64,000 nucleotides of DNA from Epiperipatus broadwayi (taxonomy: Eukaryota; Animalia; Onychophora): the NCBI GenBank assembly GCA_028023455.1, contig JAQFVV010000003.1:5952001-6016000 (forward strand), read 5' to 3'. A program made the position numbers and the translations under genes. The notes under the pieces were generated by a model. It saw only the letters and a program-made list of their open reading frames with translations. It had not been told where the DNA came from and did not search any database. Below are positions 27,771 through 39,013 of the stretch, piece after piece; within the stretch, counting starts at the first letter, position 1; each line of letters starts with the position of its first letter.

Positions 27771-28849
27771 ATTATTTTTCACTTATAAAGTGTGATAAAC
27801 AGAGTAGCTAAAATTCAAAAAATTTTAACCACAAAAAACTATTTGCCAAATGCTTTCCATACTGTGCACCAGAATCATGGTGACATATTGGAACTGAATG
27901 GTTAATATTCCAGTGCATGCTCAGTGGAACACTAGTATTACATTGATTGATAATGTTTTTAGACTTAGCAATAAACCAAGCATCTTTCAACTTCCTCTTT
28001 CTATTAATTCATTGTACACAGTAGTGATATTTTGAGGATAAAACTCATGTCCACAACTACTTTCATGATTTGATTAACCTGTGAATCACTTTTAGATTTT
28101 TTATATTGAGGCAGGTAGAAAAAGGAATATTGAGAGATATATTGATAACTATGATAGGTGTGGGATACAAAAAAAAACTATATTACACAGTTAATTGAAG
28201 TTGTTTTATAATAATGTGAAGTTTAAACATAAAATGGATTTTAAAAATAAAACAGTCAAAAAGTGGTTTTCTTTAGCTTATGTGTCATCTATAAGTACAA
28301 AATTAAAAAATATAATTGGTAAAGATTATAATATAAGATTCCATTCACCTTTGTGTTTAAATAGACTAATAAATAATTCAAAGGATAGCGTGGCAGAAAT
28401 GAATAGGTATGAAGTGTTTTATTCCATTGCCTGCAAAGAAATTGGTTGTAATGCTGCTAATGTATTAACATGATTGCAACAGCATGTTTATCAGTATAAA
28501 AAATCTAAAAGTGATTCACATGTTAATTCTGTTTTTTCAAATCATGAAAGTAGTTGTGGACATGAGTTTTATCCTCAAAATATCACTGGTATGTGCAATG
28601 AATCAAACGATACAAAGAGAAAGTTGAAAGAGGCTTGGTTTATTGCTAAGGCTAAAAACATTATCAATCAGCATAACATTAGTGTTCCACTGAGCATGCA
28701 CTGGAATATTAACCATTCAGTTCCAATATGTCACCATAATTCTTGTATACGGTACGGAACTGAAAATGCTTGGCAAATAGTTTTGTGTGATTAATGTTTT
28801 TTTTAATTTTAGCTACTCTGTTTATCACACTTTATACATGAAGGATAAT
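27771..28849 (+). mobile_element. 5'-truncated Penelope-like element (GIY-YIG C-terminus) with inverted copy of its 3' end
   Basis: 28195-28794 encodes WFSLAYVSSISTKLKNII...NSKDS...EVFYSIACKEIGC...HESSCGHEFYPQNI...KRKLKEAWFIAKAKNIINQH, typical of the PLE linker and GIY-YIG region (YIG motif lost). 27771-28109 is a diverged reverse complement of 28491-28849. Confidence 0.82.
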
Positions 28850-31800
28850 ATGTCTGCAACATATGGATGACCAAATTAGCAAGAATTTAATAAATGTGTA
28901 TTTTCTGTTATTAATTGTCTTATCAATATGGTGTTTTGATATCTATTAGTAAAATAGATATCTTATAAATATCCTTGACTTATAATGCTGAAAAATGTAT
29001 CTAGAGAATTATCTGATGATTCTATATACAGCACCCACAGATAGACCTTTACTAAAATATATATATATATTATTTAATTAATAATTTCTAGGTGATGAAA
29101 TTTTCATGATTTTGTTTCTTTGTAATTTCTTGTCAAAAATATATAGATACTGATTTTCTAATCAATAATTAGATAACTAGCTTTGTTGGCTATAGGTCGC
29201 TATCCGAAAACAAAGGGGAGCCAGATGTCTACATTTATTTTCAAAGTCCTCTAACCAAAAAAAATCCCAGGCCTTAGGAAGGACAAAAGGATATATTAAT
29301 CTTGATTAATTAAAGTAAATTAAGAAAGAGATAGACTTATTATAAGGTATATATAACAAAATCTTTCTATTTACTCAATATCGTTTATGAAAGATATAAT
29401 TGTATTCCAATTAAGTGCTTGAAAAGTAGCGAAAGCAATTCCGGTAATTCTAAAGGATCGCAAAAGCGGTCGGGTTTATTTGCTTTCTTTAAGTGAGTGT
29501 AGAAAATGATAAAAAAATACCAACTGATTTGATATACTGTAATTCTAAATCATGACAAAAGATCGCTTAAATGTGGTTGTCAAGGTTACAGTTTATAAAC
29601 TCTACGTACCAATTGCAGGTAATGTATTCTCATAAATGACAGGTTCCTAACATTATTACATTTTCAACATATTAATTTTTTAACTATCCCTTAACTACCG
29701 TAGCTCTGAATGTCTATATTTTATTATTGTTATGGAAAATTTAATGATTCCCTCGAACATACAAACATTTTATAAATTGTTATTTATATAAACTACTATG
29801 GGACTCGATCTTTGGCAAACTTATTTATACATAATTAAATTGGGAGATAGGTTTGGGTTAGCTCTTATTTATTTCTTGAGTTGTTACAAAGATTTAAAAA
29901 AAAAAAAAAACAATTTTATATCATATCAAAAAATTATTGCGATAAATACAGAATTGTGTTAATAATTTAAAAAGTTTAAAAGTGCAAAATTTTCGTAAGC
30001 CCAGTCGTAAATTTGATTATAGATGAACTATAATAATAATAAAAATAGAATGGTTTATTTCTTGAAAGTTCATAAGAAATCGAGCACTGGAAGTGGAAGA
30101 AAAGGAGCTCCAAAAACTGCTCTCTACTACTGCGTTAAACTTCACGGAGTACAGGTGAACATTAAATTTAGATTATTTAAAAAAAAAAAAACAGTTAAAT
30201 ATTTTGTTTGAAATCTCCTTTTATATGAAGTAGAGTTCTTAAATGAAGAAAAAAGTCAGTTTCTAAGATGGGGGGTGGGGGGGTGGGGGTGTATAAGGCT
30301 ATCATATATTAAATCAAAAAAAAAAATACTAAAGGAAATTACGAAGACTAAAAAAAAGAAATTAATTAATGGTTTTAAAAAAAACTTTCTAGGAGTACAT
30401 TTATAGAAAAAACTAGAATATTTGAAGAAATTATTTTAAATCTTTCTTTTGGGATGACGATGATAATGATAATTTGATCCATAGATATTACAATAAACAT
30501 AAAGTGAAAAATAATGGAAACTACCACTAATGACAACTGATAGTTTGTTTTCTTATGATTCATCTACAAATCCCATTCTGAACTTAAAAGTAGTTAACTT
30601 TGTAGTGACAATAGTTTAAATTTGTAACAAATAACTCTCATTTAATTTCCAATTGAAAAATATATAAATATAGAAAGAAGAATCTTAGTTTGGCCAATTA
30701 AAATAAAACTTCCGTAGTCAAATTTAAACATCTATCTAAGTTCATTTATGTAAGAAATTAAGGGAATTTTTCACAACTTTTGAAACCGAAAAATATATTT
30801 TTTAAAATAGTTCAGTTAATCAAATGAATAAAACTGTTGTTCTCAATCTGCTATTTCGTTGTTTAAAAGTGTCTCATGACCTTCCAAGCAATTAACTATA
30901 TCATTACATATGCATATTATAGCTTGTATTTAGGTGTATTATAATCAGGTTATAATATTTATATTATTTATTCTATTTTAGATTACGACTAAAAGTTGGA
31001 CAGTTATTATTTTAATTTTAATGTTCACATTTAGATCAGTATTTCTCAAGCTTTTCCATATAAATCTTTAAAATGTCCGATTTTTTTAAATAAATCATAA
31101 ATATTTTTGATGTCATAGTCAATATTTGATTCTTTCTATGTCACAGAACTTGAATTAATTATATTAAAAAATTTAATAAGGTTCTTCCCCTATCATTTTA
31201 TAATAAGACTTAAAATTTATTTCATTACATATAGTTGTTTTTAATAATGATTCTTTTTATTTCAAATTCCTGTTAAAGCAATGTCTAATAAATCAGATGC
31301 ATTGAATAAGAACAACACTATTCTAACAGAATAGCAATGTACAGTTGATCAAATTTTATAGTTTATTGTTACTGACTAGCACTCAGAAATTCTAATGAAT
31401 ACAGAGAAATATACAGAATTAATAGTGTTCAGTCACTACATTCCACTAAGTGCTTTGAAGCCCTACTGAGCTTGAGAAACATGGTAATAAGTGCAAAAGA
31501 AAGGGCAGCGGTTCACTTGAAAACACTATATGATACAATCATATTTTTATATTAAAAAGCACATTCTTACAGCACACAATTTCTTTACAAAGACTTTTCT
31601 GATATAAATTGTTTTTAAAAAGTACTGTTTTGCAGATCTGTCAAATTTATTCATGGCCAGAATCAATTTATAGTCTAGCGGTTTCTTTTTTAATTGTTAG
31701 AGCCTATTTAGTTTTTTTAATTATATTTTGACTTTCTCAGGAGGCTGACCAAGTAAAGTAATTCTATTCAATTAAATAGGTATTTTTAAGTATTTTTCTT

Positions 31801-32597
31801 TACTAAGAATCAATACCAAACCATCAGTTTGTGAGACAATACTTTTTACTAAAGCATACTTGATATTACAACGTCTAGTTTAATGCAATAGTAGAGCATC
31901 AAACTGTGAAATGTAAAATCCATGAATTGATTCCAGTGTGTGTACTTTTGCTGTTCAAACTTCTTATAAACTCTTGAGCAAGAAAGCTATTTGATGGTTT
32001 TATTTATAGTTGACAAAAGTTTGCAATTATTTCTCTTTCCTTAATTTACCATATCACTCTTTTGGCCCTTTTTTGTTTTCAAAAAACATGTTAAGAAGTA
32101 ACTGTTAGTTACTTGTGATTTCCATTATTTTCCATATATTATTTTTGTTGCAAGGACTTTATATTATAAATATATTGTGATGGGAGATCACGATGATTGA
32201 ACCCATTACAAATTTGTATCTGCTAGCTCTATTAACATAAATGAACTAATGAGCTAAAGAAATTTTTTAAAATAGACAAATATAGATTCAAAATAAAAAG
32301 ATGTTTGTAGAAATAATATATACACATACACATCATGCATATTTTATTCATAAACATGATAAAATATTCACTGGAATTTTCTTTTATTTGTACATATATT
32401 TTATTTTTATCATCAGAAAAAAGTCTGTATATTTTATTTTGTTTTATATATTTAAACATTAAAAAGAGGAGAAAATTAAATTTTGCTTTTTATTATCTTA
32501 TATAGAGGATTTGAACACAGACTTTCATATACCCCCTTCAGACATCCATTCTATCTCATACAACTGATACATATGATTACACATATGTGAAAAAGAT

Positions 32598-32659
32598 AAA
32601 TGACCAATAATAAATGTATTTAATGCTGAACTAGCACTCATCAGTTGATCCAGATCATC
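32598..32659 (-). ncRNA. Degenerate type-I hammerhead ribozyme, family A (copy A2)
   Basis: Minus strand: ATGATCTGGATCAA-CTGATGA-GTGCT AGTTC AGCAT-TAAA-TACATTTA-TTATTGGTCAT. GAAA is mutated to TAAA. Confidence 0.6.
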
Positions 32660-32890
32660 ATCTCCCACCCATACATATAATTAGTGCTCAGTTTATATTA
32701 AAATAGCAAATCTTCACACTTTAATAGACAGGCTTCAATCTTTTCCACCCTCAACTTTTCAACCATCCATATTATTCAAAATCTGATGATGGAATGCCCA
32801 AAGGTGGAGTAAATTGAAGCCTGTCCATTAAAGTGTGAAAATTTGCTATCTTAATATAAACTGAGCACTCATTGTATGTGTGTGAGAGAT

Positions 32891-32949
32891 GATGATCTGG
32901 ACCAAGTGATGAGTGCTGGTCAGCATAAAATACATGCACTGGAGATCAT
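32891..32949 (+). ncRNA. Degenerate type-I hammerhead ribozyme, family A (copy A3)
   Basis: GATGATCTGGACCAA-GTGATGA-GTGCTG GT CAGCAT-AAAA-TACATGCA-CTGGAGATCAT. C3 to G and G12 to A; outer stem I (ATGATCT/AGATCAT) retained. Confidence 0.55.
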
Positions 32950-34349
32950 TTATCTTTATCACATGTGTAGTCATGTGTATTGGTTTGATGAGCTAGAGTA
33001 GATGATTGAAGAGAGCTTGAAAACCTATGTTTAAATCCCCTATATTACATCTACATTCCAAGTATGTAAAATATACTAGTATTTAAAATATATTTATTAT
33101 CTTGTAAACTGCAATTAATTAAAATGAGGTGAAATTATCAAAGCATTTTTTAATTATCATTCGTATAATTTTTCTTTTGTAAAAGAGAAAAGAATTTTAT
33201 TTTTTCTCTTATCAAAGTTAGAGATTCAAAAAATATATTTTCTTTTTTGTGTATTGATTTGATATTTTGTTTTATTAATCAATTAAAAAAATTATCTGGG
33301 GATTTAATTAGGAAAACATAATAATAATAATAAAAACTGACAGCAGTTTTTTTTTCATGTGTATTGCTATAAATAAGGTTTTAAAATTAAAGTAAGGAAT
33401 CTTAGATTGTTGTTTAGCAGAGAAAAAAGCAGGGCATAGTGCTGAAAATAAACTTTAGGTAAAAAAAAGTTAGATAAAGCCCTGTCCTAAAGGTCTCTGG
33501 ATTGGTGTTGTGAACTTTCATTACCAATTCCCATCAATCACTTCCATGGAATAACATTGTTATTGCATGGATTGCTAATTCTTGCCTTGCCAGAATGATG
33601 TTTGCTAAATTGATTGAAAAAAACAAGATGGAGTAGATGCTCATTTAGAACACCAATCTTTCCCTCATCATGAGAGCTTGTATATAATTGATGGGTGTCA
33701 GTGCCTGCCTAATTAAGAAAATGATATTATGAAGTAGATATCTAAATCTGAATCCCTGTACCTCTTATTTTATAATTTTGCACATGAAGAATATGCTTAA
33801 AGTATTGAACTGTGTGTCAATTTTTTTAAGAAAAAATGTATCATAATTGATAAACACATTCTATTTCTTTTTTAGTATTAAAGACAACTTAGTTCTAGAT
33901 ATTTCTTTGCATTTATAAATTAAATGTTTAAAATGAAAAAGAAAATTATACACCCTATAAATTAAACCTATATAATATGAGGTTTTTTTTATATCAGTAT
34001 GTATGTATACATATGTAGGTGTGCATGTGGAATAATATGATTTCATTTTACCTATCAAGTATATGACATTGACTTACTTTTTTTATCGTAAATATAATTA
34101 ATAAATTAATCTTTACATATACAATATATATATGTATGTGTAATAACTTGGCAGAAACATTTCTAACAATAGAAAAGGTTTTTTATATTTATTTTTATTA
34201 TTATTAAATATAGCTGAATGAGCTTTCAATGTATAACATTGAATTCATAGTATATGCTGGTATGTTGCAGTATTTATGAAAGAAATACTTATTTAAATTT
34301 GACACTTAAATATTCAGTTTACTTATCAATGAAATACTATTTTCTTTTT

Positions 34350-34640
34350 TGATAATGATGTGATTATTGTACCAGATCTCTTTTACTTTTCTATCTTCTT
34401 GTTCTGCACAAACAATATTGGCATTCTTTGAGTCAAAAACATGGCTGGATTTTTGTTCATGATCCCAAAAAACTGATTTGTATTCTGGATTTTTTGTGCA
34501 CTTTTATAAATATTTATATTGAGAGACTGTTGTGGAAATATTTGCTGATTTCCTGTAGTATACTTTGGGACTGGAGGTGTTGCTGCATTTAATTTTGTAA
34601 GCAATCTGTAGTGTTTTATCCAGCTGCAGTTTATCTTTGA
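34350..34640 (-). mobile_element. Penelope-like GIY-YIG endonuclease remnant
   Basis: Minus-strand frames give IAYKIKCSN...YYRKS (34579-34602 region) and, after a frameshift, HVFDSKNANIVCAEQEDRKVKEIWYNN, matching the PLE Y-x-I-x-C and H-x-FD...E...RK-x-KE pattern. Confidence 0.65.
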
Positions 34641-35468
34641 TGTTATTTAGTAATCTGTTAAGATGAGGGGGGGGGGGCAGAATCAGATTTTATTATTATT
34701 TTGTGTTAGTTTTGAAATGTATGACATGCTTGCCCATAAACTGCTTTCCTCTTGGGATTGGACTGATTGTTTTGTTACACTGTATATGGTCTTTAATTAC
34801 TTACTTTTTTAATAATATATATATACATAACCATATATCTTCATGTAAGTCAAAGAAATGAGGGAATTTCCACCTATATCTAGATATGTTATTTTGTATT
34901 AAATTGTGATTATGATTTTATTTACTCTATTTAATATTAATAAATTAGATACTGAGTTAACATTTGGTGTTCAATTTATCTGTTCATTTCACTTCACATT
35001 TTATATAAATTATAATTTTTGTTTTGTCTGTTTTTTCTACTGTGTGCCACTCACTTTGAGAGTTTGAGAGATTTCTAAGCTTGAACCTGGAATATGCTGT
35101 AGAGAAATGTAGGTGTATGTCCCAATAAAGATTCTTTTAAAGTATTCTTTCTCTGAAAATGGCACATAAAGTTCATGTGGCAAGTTTTGCTGATGTTTAT
35201 AGAGATTGATACCAAAAGATTGATCAGGAAATATAATTAATGATTATTAGTTTGATCCCTTTTAAAAATAATATAGATTTTTTTGTCAGTGTGATTATCT
35301 TTTAATTGTCTTGAAATAATACCATATGAGGATTGTGGATGTGTAATTAAGTTGATTTGTGAGTTCTATATATGAGGCCTGTAGTAGTTAATTTAAATAA
35401 GTAAATTAAATGTAGAATTTCACTGTATAGAAATTTATAGCACCCTATATGGGTGTGTGTTGCAGGAT

Positions 35469-35582
<114 letters not shown>

Positions 35583-36635
35583 AAATAGTTCACTGAGATA
35601 TTTAACTTTTAACCATTAAATAGAAAGATTAATTTTATTCACATTCAATAAATTACAGTTATCTCATCATCACATGGAAACCTTAGAAGTAGAATGATCA
35701 GGATCACAAAAGTATCATGTAAATACAAAATCAAATACCTTGCCAATGCACAGAAAATTAGATCAACAAGTTACTAAAAAAATTTTGATTAACTTAAGAT
35801 ATAACTGTTAATTTTATATTATCAGATTCTGATAAAATTGTTTCATTAAATATTTTAAAACTAGATATAGATGAGGGTAATGTGATTTAAACATCTTGCT
35901 ATTTCATTGAATAAATAAAAGTTGAGATATAGTTTTTGTCTTCAATTGAGAGCTTTACACAAATTTGGCACCTTCATTTGTAAGAGATGCATAACTGTTA
36001 CAGAGAACAAAATTAATATTCTAACAAACAATCAGTATGTGTTTCTAATATAATTATATTTTAGATAAAATTAACATAATGTGTAAATACCATATTTAAG
36101 AAATAAATCAATGATTTAGGTATTTTTGCCCAATACAATACACACAGTATAATTCTGCACTATAGCAATTTTAAGAGATAATAAAATATAAATGAATAAA
36201 TTGCAGAATTGCTTTTGATTATTTAATATTTAAAACTTAAATGTTAGCATGATTATTTGTTAAATATGTTAGTTGTTTTATGTATAATAAAAACTGCTTA
36301 AAAATTTGTACCTGAAAATTAATAAGAAAACTATTAATTGTCCATTGATATATAAATTAAATTAGTAATGAATATATTTATAGCTTCACGCTTTCAAGCC
36401 AAGATGCTTAAGACTGGCTTATATATATATATAAAGTTAAGTAGAGAGAAGGGTGGGACCATCCTTTTCTTATCAAAAACTCTGTCATGTGTTGAGGTTT
36501 GATCACTCTTCAGACTGCTGTCTTAACATCTTATTGGCTATCTGAGAAGCAACAGTAGCACATGTGAGAGACTGGCAACTTCTCAATTTAATACTAATTT
36601 AACAACAATATGTGATTTATACAAAAATATTATTT

Positions 36636-36798
36636 ATATAAATTAAAGTGCTATTAAATCTTCAATTAATTTTATATTTATAATGCTTCTACATTATTTA
36701 TTATTATAACTGAAAAAATATAAATTAAAGTGACATTAAATCTTCAATTAATATTTATAATGCTTATACATTGTTTATTATTATAACAGAAAAAATAT
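36636..36798. repeat. About 82-bp diverged tandem duplication
   Basis: ATATAAATTAAAGTG...GAAAAAATAT occurs at 36636 and 36718. Confidence 0.85.
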
Positions 36799-36944
36799 TT
36801 CTTCTAATTCTAAGCCAGCTCAATCACAAAGTAATGATGATTTTCAAACCAGATACCATTTCATTTTCAGGTATGCTATAAAAAAATCATTTAATGGTAA
36901 TGAATACATTTATAAAATTTATTATCTATCTGTAATTCAATTCT

Positions 36945-37288
36945 AACAGGCAAAACTCCCCATACAGTAGTGCCACTCAGTGCCAACCAGAGTAATCAAT
37001 GGATGCCAGAAGGCTTGTGCATAAAATCCCTATCTAGTGCCTACTCATCCAATATCCCCAGACTAGTTTCTGGCTTGTGGCATTCATCAGTGAGGAGCTT
37101 TGGATCTAAGAGCACTGCACCTAAATCTTAGAATCTAATACAACCCTCCAGAAATAAGTCAGAAACTAGTCTGGGGATATTGGATGAGTAGGCACTAGAT
37201 GGGGATTTTATGCACAAAGCCTTCTGTCATTCATTGATTACTCTGATTTGCACTGAGTGGCACTACTGTATGGACAGTTTTGCCTGTT
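36945..37288. mobile_element. HHR family B head-to-head inverted element
   Basis: Arms 36945-37078 and 37154-37288 (about 134 bp, high identity) with a 75-nt spacer. Complete HHR core on the minus strand; the plus arm keeps only ATAAGTCA-GAAA-CTAG-TC-TGGGGA. Confidence 0.8.
37055..37096 (-). ncRNA. Minimal type-I hammerhead ribozyme, family B (core intact)
   Basis: Minus strand: TCCTCA-CTGATGA-ATGCCACAAGCCA-GAAA-CTAG-TC-TGGGGA. 6-bp stem I (one G-U), palindromic stem III ACTAGT, GUC cleavage triplet; stem II weak. Confidence 0.72.
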
Positions 37289-37812
37289 TTAATAACAGTA
37301 ATGTGCTAGCATAAAAATAGTGATCATGTGATGTTTAGTAATTCAATTCCAGAGAATATCAGGGTGCCATCTTCACAGTTGAAGGACTATTCTTACAGAT
37401 TTATCATTTCTTCATTTTTAGTTGAGCATTAAGTATGACCCTTCATAATTGTGCACACAGTTATTTTTAAATAACTGATGTTTACAATGGAGATAAAAAA
37501 AAACATCCAAGAATGAGAATTAACTAAAAATATGTGTTAATAATAATAATGCAAAAATATTAACACTATCATATCAAGAATATTAAACACATATTATAGC
37601 CATAAAATCAGAATAGACATATCCAATATATATATATATATGTGTGCGTGTGTGTGTGTGTTTTGTTTTATTTTTGTTGTTTACAGTAAAAACAAATATT
37701 AATATTTATTCTTAAGTATTCATTAATTTATATTGGATTACAACTAAATTAACTCAGAGATGTTGGAATATATTCAGATGCATTATAATCCTTAGTGTGG
37801 TACAACATAAAT

Positions 37813-37898
37813 AAATATATTGATTCATGGGAGAAATATATATATATATATATATAAATATATTGATTCATGGGAGAAATATATATATATATATATAT
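37813..37898. repeat. 43-bp tandem duplication ending in TA runs
   Basis: AAATATATTGATTCATGGGAGAAATATATAT... occurs twice. Confidence 0.9.
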
Positions 37899-39013
37899 AA
37901 ACTCTTCCTCTTCCAACCTCCAGCTTTCTTTATATGAAGAGAGACAAAATTTAAGTTTTCCAGGCAAAATTTCCCCAAAATTTACAAGAGTTTCACATTA
38001 ATCTCTAGTACTCTAAAATTAAAATATGAAATTGAAAAAACATACTTTTAAATATATAATCATTACATGATTAGAATATTAAAAATAAAATAAGTAAATA
38101 AAATCCATTTCAACCAAGCCTGGTTTATTTTAAATATGTAAAATTCTTACTGATAAATAAATTTGAAGTTTTATGTACACATATATATTATAGGTATCTT
38201 TCATAGCAATATCAGTGAAGCAAGTCTAAAGTATATTTGAATGTTTGTTTCTTTTTATGAACTGAAGAGTACAAACTTGATCTAAATTATTGTCCAAATC
38301 TTTGGTGATGTTCTTTGCAGGTCTTTGTGCAATTTATTCACTGAATTGTAAGACAGTTGTTTTACAAATTCATCATCAGATTTTCCAGAATACATTTCAG
38401 CTGGTAATTTAGCAAAAGAAGCTTATGAGAGAGTTAAGAAATCAAACATCCTTAGATTATTCTCTTAGATCTTAAAATAAGATCCTTCCACCTCCAAGGA
38501 ACTAAACAGCATGAAAACAATAACTAATGCACTTTTAGCAGATCTCATCCAGATATAGTATGGATTATAACAGCATAAATGTTGATTATTTTATTTACTT
38601 TTATTTGATAATGACTCTTGTTATTGTGATCAGGGTTCTATGTTAAAATTAGCTGATGATAATTATTAGTCTCTCTGATATAGAGTTGCTTCAGAACTCA
38701 GCTTTTCTTTTGAATAATGACTGTTTGATGATTCACAAAGAATAACTTGAAATGAACTGACAAAAATATTTCCATGCTCCTTTTACAAATGAGTTACCTA
38801 ATGATGAAATACAATTAAACAGCCTGATCTTATCTGATTAGGATATTATTCTACAAATACTTTTATTCCTACTTCCTACATGATTTATTTATATTCTTTT
38901 GTCATTGTTGTTTATATATCTCACAAAAGTTTTTGACATTAATTTTTGTCATTTTATTTTCTGTAATTATGTGCGCAGTACTGCTTTGTGTCAACTAACT
39001 TAGTAACAAACAC

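Larger units (their letters stand above)
32507..33038. mobile_element. HHR family A head-to-head inverted element with an HHR in each arm
   Basis: Diverged inverted arms 32507-32749 and 32803-33038 with a spacer of about 53 nt; homologous to 21561-21907. Confidence 0.75.

Noticed and set aside
27746-27790. Relic hammerhead in the PLE inverted repeat (minus strand GTGAAAA-ATAAT-TTTT-ATTAT-C)
   Set aside because: No GAAA or stem III; a 5-bp AT-only hairpin is expected by chance in this DNA.
36480-36520. Minus-strand CTGAAGAG...AACACATGACAGAG hammerhead-like string
   Set aside because: No convincing stem II, GAAA or stem I.
38282-38800. Short minus-strand open frames (SFAKLPAEMYSGKSDDEFVKQ...; KGAWKYFCQFISSY...) upstream of the Tx1-like LINE
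   Set aside because: Under 50 codons each, bounded by stops, no recognisable domain.
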